This document shows, piece after piece, positions 26,838 through 36,559 of a DNA stretch of 40,280 nt. Every line of letters begins with the position of its first letter. The stretch's first letter is position 1. Source of the DNA: a virus (taxonomy: Duplodnaviria > Caudoviricetes); the IMG/VR virus record IMGVR_UViG_3300020045_016970, positions 1 through 40,280 of that record. One strand, 5' to 3'. The translations under genes were made by a program, and so were the position numbers. The notes below the pieces were generated by a model. It saw nothing but the letters and a program-made list of their open reading frames with translations, had not been told where the DNA came from and made no database searches.

Positions 26838-29141
26838 ATGCCCTCAATCTTTTCAACCATGCCGGCGGACTGGCAGAACGAAATTCAGGCGCAAATTGCA
26901 CGCGATGGTCTCGCCGCGACGCTCGCCAATAATCAAGCGTGGTTGGCAAGCAACCCCAACGACACTGGCAGCTCCGCCCTTGCGCAATGGATTGCAGCGA
27001 ATGGGGACATGGCGGCGCAGACAGCGCCAACCGCCGGCCTGTTCGGACAGATAAACAACGTGGTCAATCCATCAACGATCAATCCAAATACGCCTGTTAC
27101 CGGGTGGGATCAGCTTCCGCCATCAAATATGGGGCCGTTCGCTCCTTCGACTTCCACCGGCAACACAGGCACAGGCAATTGGTGGGGAGCGGCGGCAATG
27201 CCAACCTATCAGCAACTCGTGGCAAAATGGCAGGCCGAGAATCGTGGACCGTTGGAATCTGCCGCGCAGCAGCAGGCGTTTAACGCTTGGGCGGGAACAG
27301 TGGCACCTGCCGGTTGGTCTGATTACAAGGGTCCGCCTGATGGTATGGGCAGTACAACCGGCACAGGAGCGAGCACGAACACCAGCACCGGAACGATTAT
27401 TCGTGATGCCAACGGCAATCCGATTCGTGATCTGGCCGCTGAAGGCGTGGCGACGCAGGAAGCGGCGCTGCGCTTGGCCCCTGGATGGGCGGAGGCGTAC
27501 AAGACCTTCGCCCCGCAGTATGCTCAGACTGATGTGAACGTGATGGGCCAGTCCTTGTTTGGACCGGGGTTTACCGGCAACCTGTCTGACATCAACAAGC
27601 GACTCACCGAAGAGGCGATTGCCCAGACTAACACGGGCAACCGCGCCGCGCGCCAAGCGGGGATCGCCGACATCAACGAATTCGGCGGTCAGATCAATCA
27701 GGCGCGCATGGACCTGAATCCGGCGCTCTGGAAAAATCTTGACCAACTCGACGCCTCTGCGCGTGCCGGCGTCGTGCAGGCAAGTCCATACCAAAAGGCG
27801 ATGGGGAATATGTTCACCCAAGGCTTCAACACGCAGCCCGTCGGCGCGGACGTGCTCAAGCCAACCAGCATCACGCAGGATCAGATTTTAAGTTCCGGCG
27901 ATGTCGGCGTGATGAACAACCCGTGGCTGACCAATGCTGCCAACAACGCCGCTGGGCGCGGTCAATCCGCCCTCGGCATGGATCTTACCGGCATGGCCCG
28001 CCAGCAGATCGCCCTCGGCAGCGGTCTCTCGGAAGAACAGAAGCGCAACGCCGTGCAGGCGGCACGCGAAGGCTGGGGAGCGCGCGGCCTCATCAATTCC
28101 ACCGGGGCCGTCGCCGGGGAAATCCTCAACCGCGACGCCTACGGGCAGCAGCTCCTCAACCAGCGCCAAGGTTTCGCGTCGGGTGTCGAACAACTCGGCC
28201 AGTCGCAGCAGGGAATCAACGACGCCTACATCAACAACATTCTCAGCCAGCTCGGCCAGCGCACCGGGCAGGACTTGACCGCGCAGCAAACCAACGTCGG
28301 CAACCGGCTTCAGGAGGCGCAGCTCAATCAGGCGAACGCCTTCAACACCCAAGCGGCCAACCAGCAGAATATCTTCAACACCGGCCAGGCCAACCAGGCG
28401 GCGAATCTCAACGCCGGCCAGTTTAACGCCGGCCTCCAGCAGTCCGACCGCGCCCAACTCTTCGGCATGGGGCAGACGCTCGCCGGCCTCGACTCGACGC
28501 AGCAGCAGCAGAACTTCAACAACCTGATGTCGCAGACGCAGCTTCGGGCGCAAAACCAGAATGACCCGATGGCGATTCTCGGTATCGGCACGGCGAACCA
28601 AGGGACGAACGCGGCGCTCGGCGGCATGGGCGGCACGGCGTCCAGCGGCGGCTACGGCAACCAGCAGGTTTACCAGCAGTTCAATCCGTTCAGCAGCTAC
28701 GGAAGCGACGTGTTCAACACGAACTTCAATGCGGGCGAGAGCCGGTATCTCAACGCGCAGAACAACGCGGCGAACTTGGCGGCGGCGCAAGCGGCCGGAA
28801 GTGCGACCAAGAGCGCGGGTGCGATGAGTGGGGTTGGCAGTCTTCTGGGCGGTATTTTTGGTGGCCCTGTCGGTGCTGCCGCTGGTGGATTCGTGGGTGG
28901 ATTGTTCAAATGTTGGGTCGCTCGTGAAGTGTACGGTGCCGAAAATCCAAAGTGGTTGCAGTTCCGCGCGTGGCTTGAACAGCGGGCACCCCGTTGGCTC
29001 CATGACCTCTACGTGAAGCATGGCGAGAAGTTCGCCGCATGGCTGCATCGCAACCCGTGGGCCAAGCCGCCGATTCGCGCCTTCATGGATTCGCGCATCC
29101 GTTCACTCTTACAATCGGAGGAATTTACTCATGCCGTATAG
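26838..29141 (+). CDS. Internal virion/ejection (pilot-like) protein with C-terminal CWVAREVYG domain
   Basis: 767 aa, Q/N/G/A-rich, glycine-zipper GSLLGGIFGGPVGAAAGGFVGGLF, then Cys-initiated helical domain. Confidence 0.7.
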   Translation: MPSIFSTMPADWQNEIQAQIARDGLAATLANNQAWLASNPNDTGSSALAQWIAANGDMAAQTAPTAGLFGQINNVVNPSTINPNTPVTGWDQLPPSNMGPFAPSTSTGNTGTGNWWGAAAMPTYQQLVAKWQAENRGPLESAAQQQAFNAWAGTVAPAGWSDYKGPPDGMGSTTGTGASTNTSTGTIIRDANGNPIRDLAAEGVATQEAALRLAPGWAEAYKTFAPQYAQTDVNVMGQSLFGPGFTGNLSDINKRLTEEAIAQTNTGNRAARQAGIADINEFGGQINQARMDLNPALWKNLDQLDASARAGVVQASPYQKAMGNMFTQGFNTQPVGADVLKPTSITQDQILSSGDVGVMNNPWLTNAANNAAGRGQSALGMDLTGMARQQIALGSGLSEEQKRNAVQAAREGWGARGLINSTGAVAGEILNRDAYGQQLLNQRQGFASGVEQLGQSQQGINDAYINNILSQLGQRTGQDLTAQQTNVGNRLQEAQLNQANAFNTQAANQQNIFNTGQANQAANLNAGQFNAGLQQSDRAQLFGMGQTLAGLDSTQQQQNFNNLMSQTQLRAQNQNDPMAILGIGTANQGTNAALGGMGGTASSGGYGNQQVYQQFNPFSSYGSDVFNTNFNAGESRYLNAQNNAANLAAAQAAGSATKSAGAMSGVGSLLGGIFGGPVGAAAGGFVGGLFKCWVAREVYGAENPKWLQFRAWLEQRAPRWLHDLYVKHGEKFAAWLHRNPWAKPPIRAFMDSRIRSLLQSEEFTHAV

Positions 29142-30585
29142 CCCGAATATCGTCACCCAGAACATCGCCCCGCAACTGATGATGCAGGGCGCGCAGGCCA
29201 CTGCGCAGGGCTACGCCAATCTCGGGAAGGGCTTGGGGCAGGGCGTGGAATCCTACTTCAAGGCCGAAGAAGAACGCTTCAAGAAAATCGGCGCGGCGCG
29301 GCAACTTCTGAACAACGAATTCGTCAAAGAGCGAATCCGAACAGATCAACCTCTTTGGGAACTCGGCGAGAAAATCGAATCAGGGAAGGCGAATGCGAAT
29401 GTCATCAACGAATTCCTGTCGGCGGCGACGGTGATTAAACAGGAAGGTGATGAACTGGAAAAGCGGGCGCGTGAAAAACAGCAGCAGCAACTCGCGGCCC
29501 TTCAGTTTAAGGCACTACAAGAGCAGATGGCGCGCAATCAGTTCCTTCAGCGGCAGGATGAGCAGAAGGCCGCGCAGGCGGCACAGGCGGAAGCGCGATT
29601 CAACCAGAACGCAGAGATGTTGGGGCAACTCAACGCTGGCGTGGGCGGCGGCGTGCTTCGCGCGGGCGTGCAGGATTCGCTGAAAAACAACCAGTTTTTG
29701 CAGGCACGAACTGAACTGCGCGATGCAGGGTTGCCGAATGCGACGGCGGATCAGGTCATGGATTACGCTTCAAAACAGGCTGAGATTCGCGCTCGCGCCA
29801 CTGGTGAACGCCCACTTCCGCAGAAATATCATCCGATGGGTGCTTTTGAAGATGGGCAGGGTAATTTTCTTGGTCACGCACTTTTAGATCAGACGACAAA
29901 AGAAATCGTGTTGCGTGGTCCTAATGGAAAGGAAACTCCATTGCCTGAAAATGCGCGACCAGCTACCGCTACTTCATTCGGGAAAGACATCCCGGATTTC
30001 AATAGTTTCGTGAAGTTGCGTCATGCGGTCGTTGATGAGTCTAAAGCACTCAATCAACTGCAAGATTACGTCAAAACAGTTGGAGACTCAAATACTGGTT
30101 TCAAACTGATGGCAGACCGATTTGTCTCTGCGAACAAGACGCTATTTGGACAATGGGATAAATTGACGCCCGAGCAACTTGCGGCTGAAATTTCGAGCAC
30201 ACGCCTTGAAGCACTTCTTGGTGCAAATCGAACTGCGGTTGTTGGGCCAGGAGTTATGACAGAGTACGACGCGGCTCGCGTCATTCGCGCGTTGGGTGGA
30301 AACGTTGGGGCTTTGAGAAACCCGGATGTTGTTCGCGCAGCGATTGAAAAAATGTATCGCGACAAGTATCGCGATTACGAAGGAGCCGTTGAAAATTATA
30401 ATTACGCCGTGGCGAATCGTTATGGTTCACGTAAAAACGAAAAAGGAGAGCCGTCTTTCAAACAAATCCCCATTGTAAAATTAGATCTATTTAGTGAAAA
30501 AACAGATGAAGGATCGTCTTCTAAAGCACCCGCGCCGCTGACGGCAGATTCTATCCGCGACAAATATCTGAAACCGTCAAAGTAA
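29131..30585 (+). CDS. Internal virion/ejection protein 2
   Basis: ATG 29131 (MPYSPN); Q-rich helical; position in the ejectosome block. Confidence 0.65.
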   Translation: MPYSPNIVTQNIAPQLMMQGAQATAQGYANLGKGLGQGVESYFKAEEERFKKIGAARQLLNNEFVKERIRTDQPLWELGEKIESGKANANVINEFLSAATVIKQEGDELEKRAREKQQQQLAALQFKALQEQMARNQFLQRQDEQKAAQAAQAEARFNQNAEMLGQLNAGVGGGVLRAGVQDSLKNNQFLQARTELRDAGLPNATADQVMDYASKQAEIRARATGERPLPQKYHPMGAFEDGQGNFLGHALLDQTTKEIVLRGPNGKETPLPENARPATATSFGKDIPDFNSFVKLRHAVVDESKALNQLQDYVKTVGDSNTGFKLMADRFVSANKTLFGQWDKLTPEQLAAEISSTRLEALLGANRTAVVGPGVMTEYDAARVIRALGGNVGALRNPDVVRAAIEKMYRDKYRDYEGAVENYNYAVANRYGSRKNEKGEPSFKQIPIVKLDLFSEKTDEGSSSKAPAPLTADSIRDKYLKPSK

Positions 30586-30591
30586 CCCACC

Positions 30592-32379
30592 ATGCCTAAA
30601 ACCTACGAGGAGATCGACGCGACGGCGACCGCGATGCGCGCGGCGAAGGCACCTGATTCCGAAGTAAAACGCTATGTCGAATTGGCGTTGCAGGAAATGG
30701 AACAGGTGGCGGCTCCCGCTGCGAAGTCTTCGACCCCGCAGGTTCCCTACGCCGCGCTCGGTGGCGGACAGCGGTATGACATGGGAAGGGGGACTGTGAA
30801 TGTCGGCGGCATCGCAGCAGACATGGCGCTGGAAGGCGGCGGGGCGACTGCTGGGCAGGCGCTTGGTGCCGCCACCGGCCCGCTTGCTCCCGTTGCAATT
30901 CCGGCTTTGGGCGCGCTTGGTGGTGCGGCGGGGAATTGGATGGCGCAACAGCGCCAGATTTCTTCCGGCGACCGTACCGCAACGTCTTGGCCGGAAGTTG
31001 GAGGCGCGGCAGTTGGCGGAATGATTCCCGGAGCAACCGGCCCGAAGATGGCGCTGCGCAGTGCGAACATGGCAAAAGAAGTTGGGAAAAATGTCGCTGG
31101 TAATATCGCCGCCACCGCCGCTGAATCAGGACTTGAATCCGGCGAACTACCGTCAATGGGTCGCGCCGCATTTGCGGGGGCGACGGGTGCGATTGGGACG
31201 ACGGCATCGAATGCGCTCAACACCGGGGCGCGCGCTCAGGCGAACACGATTGCGAAGCTGCGAAATTCACCGCGCGACAAAGTGATCGTTGAAGGGCTCG
31301 CCGAGGGGTATTCCATATCCCCAACTCATGTGGATAAAAAGAATCCAGCATTGGTTGCCGAGGTGCTAGAAAGCATTGGCGGAAAGGCCGCATCGCAACA
31401 GGCGTTTTCAATTAACAATCAGGAAGTCACAAACAAGCTCGCGCGTCGAGCACTAGGCATTCCATCCAGCGTTCCACAACTTTCACAAGAAGTTCTTGAT
31501 GATGTCAGAAAAGAAGCGGGCAAGCCATTTGAGGCCATTACGACAATGGCAACGAGTGCTGAAGCGGCCCTTGATGCGTTGAAGAAAAATGAACTCACGG
31601 CGACAAATCGGTTTGAGTTGGAAATACTCATGTCAGATCCGGCAACAGTTAAAAAAGTATCTGATTTATCCGCGAAGGCTGCGGCTGATGTGAGGGCTCT
31701 TTCTAAGGCGAGATATGATGTTAAATCGCAAAGGGACTTTTACAAAAAATCCGGCAATCCTGAACATCTTGAAGCATCAAAAGCCGCAGCAGAGCTTGTT
31801 GAAAAACTTCAAGACAAATTAGAGGATGCGGCTAAGGCGCTTGGGCATCCTGAACTGGTTGAGCAAATTCGTTTATCGAGAAAGCGGATTGCACAAAGCT
31901 ATCAGATAGAAAAGGCGCTGACATTGAGTGGGGACGTGGATGCAAGTGTGCTTCGTAAAGCAGCTAAGAATGGTGCGAAACTCACCGATGAACTCGATCT
32001 GATCGCGCGGTTTGAAGACCGCTTTGGAAGTGAAATGAGACAGGCAGGGAAAGTTCCGAGTCCTGGTGTGCATCAACTTCCTGGTTACATAGCTGGTACT
32101 GGTGTCACAATGGGGATTATGAGTGGTCGTCCCGAACTTGCGCTATTAGGGCTTGCGGCTCCTTTTGCTGTGCCCCGTGCAGCCAGAACTTTGATGATGT
32201 CGAGGCCGTTTCAAAACACGATGTCCGTCCCGCGATACGGAACAGAGATACCCGACGCCGCCGCGCAGTTCGCGCGATTCGTAACGCTGGGCCAAGGGCG
32301 CGACGAACCGAATCCGTTCATGCAATTCCTGCAAGAACAGTATCCCGCGAAACAAGTTCAACCGCAACAAGCCCGATGA
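30592..32379 (+). CDS. Internal virion/ejection protein 3 (DNA transfer-like)
   Basis: 595 aa, G/A-rich hydrophobic segments (GPLAPVAIPALGALGGAAG), helical. Confidence 0.65.
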   Translation: MPKTYEEIDATATAMRAAKAPDSEVKRYVELALQEMEQVAAPAAKSSTPQVPYAALGGGQRYDMGRGTVNVGGIAADMALEGGGATAGQALGAATGPLAPVAIPALGALGGAAGNWMAQQRQISSGDRTATSWPEVGGAAVGGMIPGATGPKMALRSANMAKEVGKNVAGNIAATAAESGLESGELPSMGRAAFAGATGAIGTTASNALNTGARAQANTIAKLRNSPRDKVIVEGLAEGYSISPTHVDKKNPALVAEVLESIGGKAASQQAFSINNQEVTNKLARRALGIPSSVPQLSQEVLDDVRKEAGKPFEAITTMATSAEAALDALKKNELTATNRFELEILMSDPATVKKVSDLSAKAAADVRALSKARYDVKSQRDFYKKSGNPEHLEASKAAAELVEKLQDKLEDAAKALGHPELVEQIRLSRKRIAQSYQIEKALTLSGDVDASVLRKAAKNGAKLTDELDLIARFEDRFGSEMRQAGKVPSPGVHQLPGYIAGTGVTMGIMSGRPELALLGLAAPFAVPRAARTLMMSRPFQNTMSVPRYGTEIPDAAAQFARFVTLGQGRDEPNPFMQFLQEQYPAKQVQPQQAR

Positions 32380-32648
32380 ACGAACACTTCGCCATAAATT
32401 CACCTCAGCAATTAGCCGGCGCATCTCTCCGAAAGAACGAAATTCCACGGGTTGCAAAAGCGATTGAAAACTGGGCAGCGTCCGTGAAGGAAGCGGCGGC
32501 GGCTAAACAAGAGGCGGCGCGGATTGCGGCGCTTCCGCCTCCCCCCCCGCCGCCCGTTGAAGTAAAGCCATCCTATCGCGAAGGTGCAATCTATCGCGAC
32601 AAAGTGACGGGCACCACCCGCCGCTTCCTCCAAGGCCAGTTCGTCTAA
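32376..32648 (+). CDS. Hypothetical protein (90 aa)
   Basis: Coupled ORF; poly-Pro linker, C-terminal beta-hairpin-like YREGAIYRD..TG. Confidence 0.6.
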   Translation: MNEHFAINSPQQLAGASLRKNEIPRVAKAIENWAASVKEAAAAKQEAARIAALPPPPPPPVEVKPSYREGAIYRDKVTGTTRRFLQGQFV

Positions 32649-32679
32649 CGCCGCCACCGCCCATTTACCGCCGCCACCC

Positions 32680-33288
32680 ATGAAAATCTTCAACCCGGAA
32701 AACGCCGAGATGGTCGATGACGCCGATGAAGCCTCGGACCTTGAGGGCTTTCTCGGGCGCGTGGACATGAGCGTTAAGTCGATGCGCGTGCGCGTCATCG
32801 AAGAGGCGTTTCGCGAGCTGACCAAGGTGGCGAAGAAGGAGCGCAGCGAACTGCTCGACGCGGCGACCACGAAATTCTGCGAGGAGATGGAGAAGTGCCG
32901 TGAGGCCATGTGCGGCGACATCGAGAAGGTCGGCGCGCAGGTCGGTAAGGTGGCGGACGGTGTGACCGCCATCGCCTCCGATGCCGCCGTGCAGGCCAAG
33001 CGGTCCAACAATCGGCTGGATGCCCTCAACGTGCGCACCAAGGACATTTGCGAATGCACGACGCGAATGCACGAGCGGATGGATGCACAAGAAGCTGCGT
33101 CGCGCGCCCCAGTCGCGCCACCCGCTTCCGACCCGCACGCCGCCGAAACAGCCACCGCGCTCAAGGCCATCCTGGCGTCGCTCGAACAAATCCGCGCCAC
33201 CCCGGCGCCGACCCGCCCTTCCTACAATTTCCGCATCGTGCGCGACGACTTCGCCCGCGCCTCCAACATCATCGCCACACCGATCTGA
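32680..33288 (+). CDS. Coiled-coil hypothetical protein (202 aa)
   Basis: ORF track, GC3-rich codons. Confidence 0.7.
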   Translation: MKIFNPENAEMVDDADEASDLEGFLGRVDMSVKSMRVRVIEEAFRELTKVAKKERSELLDAATTKFCEEMEKCREAMCGDIEKVGAQVGKVADGVTAIASDAAVQAKRSNNRLDALNVRTKDICECTTRMHERMDAQEAASRAPVAPPASDPHAAETATALKAILASLEQIRATPAPTRPSYNFRIVRDDFARASNIIATPI

Positions 33289-33293
33289 GATGA

Positions 33294-33491
33294 ATGGACT
33301 CCTTCCTTTTACTTCAAACCGGCGACTACCTCCTGCTCCAAACAGGGGACAAGCTGCTGTTGCAGTCCGGTGCCGTTGCGGGCGGGAGCGGTGGCGGCGG
33401 GCGACTTCGCAACCGCAACCGCGAAATTGAAGCCGACGATGAAGAAGTCATGGAACTCGTGAAGCGGATGATGCAATACATGGAGCTTTAA
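33294..33491 (+). CDS. Small virion protein with LLLQTGD repeats
   Basis: FLLLQTGDYLLLQTGDKLLLQSG. Confidence 0.65.
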   Translation: MDSFLLLQTGDYLLLQTGDKLLLQSGAVAGGSGGGGRLRNRNREIEADDEEVMELVKRMMQYMEL

Positions 33492-33494
33492 CCG

Positions 33495-34268
33495 ATGGCC
33501 GACCAAAAACTAGACCAACTAACAGCGTTGCCGAGTCGCGTGGCGACCACGGATTTGTTGTACGTCGTGCGCAGCGCAACGGACTACAAGGCGGCGGCGA
33601 CTGATTTGGTGGCGGGGCCGGCGTCGGCGACGGATGGGGTGCCAGTGTTGTTCGACGGCACAAGCGGGATCGTTCTCAAGAATTCCACTCCGACGGGCAC
33701 AGGCAACCCGGTGATGCAAACCTCGCCGACGCTGACGACACCGACAATCGGGGTGGCGACCGCCACAAGCGTCAACAAGGTGGCCATCACGGCACCGGCA
33801 ACATCGGCCACGCTCACGATTGCCGACGGGGCCACGCTTACGGCATCGGCGACCGCCACGGTGTCAGGCACGAACACCGGCGACCAAACCACGGCGGTTT
33901 TAGCCGCAGCGGTCATCGGCGACACGAAGCTCGTGGTCGGCTCCGGCGGAGTGCGCGGGGTGGCGGAGAGCGCGTTGACGGCGGCATTCGCGAAGGTCGC
34001 GGCGGGTGTTCCGGCGGCGGTCACAGTTGACGGCACGGCGGCGGAGGTTGTGCTCGGGCGCTCGACCGCGAGCAGCGGCGACCCGGAACTTCTGGCGACG
34101 ACCGGCACGCGCGGGAGCGCCGTGGTGCTCGCGACCTCGCCGACGCTCGTGACGCCGATTCTCGGCACCATCACGTCAGGCGATTTGTCGGCAGGCACAG
34201 GCACCGCGAAATCTCTCACCGCTGGAAACGTCCCTTTCGCAACCTATCAGTCGTTCGGAATCTTTTAA
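33495..34268 (+). CDS. Fibre-like virion protein
   Basis: MADQKLDQLT N-terminus; two TGT..V..TSPTL.TP.(I/L)G repeats. Confidence 0.7.
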   Translation: MADQKLDQLTALPSRVATTDLLYVVRSATDYKAAATDLVAGPASATDGVPVLFDGTSGIVLKNSTPTGTGNPVMQTSPTLTTPTIGVATATSVNKVAITAPATSATLTIADGATLTASATATVSGTNTGDQTTAVLAAAVIGDTKLVVGSGGVRGVAESALTAAFAKVAAGVPAAVTVDGTAAEVVLGRSTASSGDPELLATTGTRGSAVVLATSPTLVTPILGTITSGDLSAGTGTAKSLTAGNVPFATYQSFGIF

Positions 34269-34280
34269 CCCAGTCCTATC

Positions 34281-34727
34281 ATGGCCGTCACACCCAACAG
34301 CATCGTCACTCCGCAGGCACCATATTGCGTCATCGCTTCCCTGGCCGCTGTCTCCGCTTGCACTACTCGCGCACCCACGGCAACGGCTGGACTCGCCGCA
34401 GCGAACATCAGCGCCTTCGTACCCACTTCGACCAACGGGCGGCGCATCGACACCGTGCAAGTCAAGGCGTGTTCCTCGGCCTTCACTTCGGCCACCGTTG
34501 CGCAAAGCGTAATGATCTGGATGCACGACGGCACGACAGCTTGGCTCATCAAAGAAATCATCGTCACTGCCGTCACGCCATCAACCACCGTCGCAAGCTA
34601 CGACTCCGGCCCGGTGGCGCTCAACGTCGTGCTCCCCGCTGCGTTTTCACTCTATATCAGCACCTCTATTACCACGACCGCGAGCACGACCGCGCTTGAG
34701 GTAGTCGCTTGCGGGGCTGACTTGTAA
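34281..34727 (+). CDS. Virion protein (Thr-rich beta-sandwich, 148 aa)
   Basis: ORF in the second fibre cluster. Confidence 0.65.
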   Translation: MAVTPNSIVTPQAPYCVIASLAAVSACTTRAPTATAGLAAANISAFVPTSTNGRRIDTVQVKACSSAFTSATVAQSVMIWMHDGTTAWLIKEIIVTAVTPSTTVASYDSGPVALNVVLPAAFSLYISTSITTTASTTALEVVACGADL

Positions 34728-34731
34728 TCCT

Positions 34732-35082
34732 ATGGAAACCGCCTTTTCATTCGCTCGTCCGAAGGGGAACTTCATGCCGATAGTGCGGGAGATTGATTCC
34801 TTTCGGTTGAGCCTTGGACACATCGGGGCGTGGGTGAAGGTCAACAAAGCCACGGCAGCGGTCGTGACGATGGACGCGCTTCCAACAACGGAAGCCGCTG
34901 AGGGTATCATTGAATGGTATGGCGTTGGAAGCGTCACGTTTTCTCCGGGCATTGGAGCGACGATTATTTGCGATGGATATGTATCGACGGTGGCCTTGCA
35001 CGCACGCTACGCCACCGCCGCATGGAAGTGGGACCCGGTAACGCGCGAGTATAACCTTTCTGGCTACGTCACCGTAACATGA
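34732..35082 (+). CDS. Virion/fibre-associated protein (116 aa)
   Basis: Beta-rich; ends YATAAWK...YNLSGYV. Confidence 0.6.
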   Translation: METAFSFARPKGNFMPIVREIDSFRLSLGHIGAWVKVNKATAAVVTMDALPTTEAAEGIIEWYGVGSVTFSPGIGATIICDGYVSTVALHARYATAAWKWDPVTREYNLSGYVTVT

Positions 35083-35273
35083 CCCAGACCGCACAAACTC
35101 GCGAGGAAAAGCTGGCTGCGGCCAAGCGCACCGTGGAGGCCATCGCCGTCGAACGCTGGGAGCACGCGCACCCCGACCGGATGCCAACGCCTGCCGAGGC
35201 GAGTGCAATGCTGGCCGAGATCGCCGCGCAATACTACAAGCCGTCTGCGCAATACCTCAAGCCATGCACTTAA
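35079..35273 (+). CDS. Hypothetical protein (64 aa)
   Basis: Coupled ORF. Confidence 0.55.
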   Translation: MTQTAQTREEKLAAAKRTVEAIAVERWEHAHPDRMPTPAEASAMLAEIAAQYYKPSAQYLKPCT

Positions 35274-36082
35274 AGAAACAAGGCTCGCTCTTCGTCCCGA
35301 CGCGCAACATCTGGGTGCCGCGCCGATCGCTGCGGGACTGTCGCGGTTTTATCTCGCCGTCACTGATCGGCGCGATTGCGGGGAGTCGGATGCGGACGGC
35401 CGGTTGGACTCCCGCTGACCTTGGGAGCGATAATAAATTTTGGGTGTACGCTGGAGCAGGGTTGACGTTGACCGGAAACGACGTGGATGCGTGGGCAGAT
35501 CAGTCAGGAAACGGACGTAATCTCGACACTCCCTCGGCCAACAACCCGCAATATAATGCGACGGGCGGACCCAACAGTCTACCGTGCGTGGATTTTGCGG
35601 CGGCAAGCTCCAACTCGATCAAACACGGCTCTGCGTTCACCGCGCAGGCGAGGCCGTTGACAATCGGAATTGTAGCCAAGCACACCGACACGGCGGCAAA
35701 CCAATTTTTGTTTGACACGCGGGATTCTGGTGGCGCCAGTCGCATTCTTATTTTTCGATTGGATAGCACGACGTTCACCGGGTATTTAACCGGGGCTACA
35801 ATCGTTTACGGTGCAAGCGATCTTGCCGGCTCATGGAAGTATTACGTGTTCCAATACCCGACCGACGCAACGCAATCCACTTTGCGGGTAAACGGCGCGG
35901 CTTATTCCGGTCCTGGCAGCGGAGGCGGCGACAGCACCGCGGGGTTTATCCTTGGAGCGAGATATAGTGCGGACAATTGCCTCAACGGTGCAATCGCGGA
36001 AATGGTCTTGGTGAACGGGGTCGATAGCACTAATATCCGCGATAAGCTCGAAACGTATTTTGCAAGCAAGTACGCGTTATGA
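35264..36082 (+). CDS. LamG/ConA-like lectin-fold receptor-binding protein
   Basis: WTPADL..FW....VDAWADQSGNGRN; LRVNG; GAIAEMVLVN...LETYFASKY. Confidence 0.72.
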   Translation: MHLKKQGSLFVPTRNIWVPRRSLRDCRGFISPSLIGAIAGSRMRTAGWTPADLGSDNKFWVYAGAGLTLTGNDVDAWADQSGNGRNLDTPSANNPQYNATGGPNSLPCVDFAAASSNSIKHGSAFTAQARPLTIGIVAKHTDTAANQFLFDTRDSGGASRILIFRLDSTTFTGYLTGATIVYGASDLAGSWKYYVFQYPTDATQSTLRVNGAAYSGPGSGGGDSTAGFILGARYSADNCLNGAIAEMVLVNGVDSTNIRDKLETYFASKYAL

Positions 36083-36555
36083 ACCACCGCATCACCCCCA
36101 CCTCCGTCCTGTCCACGCTCATCCCGTCGCTGGCCGCGATTGCCGCTGGCCGTGGCGTCATCGCCGAAAAGTTCGAGCTTGAAGACACTGTGCTCCGCGC
36201 GGGCGGATTCGCGTGGGACATCGGAGCCGAGGCTGCGCCGCTGCACGTGCAGATTGACGCATTGCTCGCGGCGAAGAAAGCCGCCGACGAAGCCGCCGAG
36301 GCGGCGCGAATCGCAGACGAGCTGGCGAACCCGCGTCCCTGGCGCGTGAGCAAGGACACGATGGTCGCCCGTATCGTCGCGGCCGGTGCGCTGCCGAAGG
36401 TCATGGCTGTGATGAGCCAGCAACCGGCGGACAAACAATTCGTGTTTCTGCACAGCGCGTGGTTCCACAGCGACAACGCCGAACTGCGCGGCCTGTGCTC
36501 CGCTCTCGGAATGGACCCTGACGTGATTCTCGCGCGGGATGAGTTTCTGATGTGA
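36079..36555 (+). CDS. Hypothetical protein, possible fibre assembly chaperone (158 aa)
   Basis: Helical; follows the lectin-like gene. Confidence 0.6.
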   Translation: MNHRITPTSVLSTLIPSLAAIAAGRGVIAEKFELEDTVLRAGGFAWDIGAEAAPLHVQIDALLAAKKAADEAAEAARIADELANPRPWRVSKDTMVARIVAAGALPKVMAVMSQQPADKQFVFLHSAWFHSDNAELRGLCSALGMDPDVILARDEFLM

Positions 36556-36559
36556 TCAG

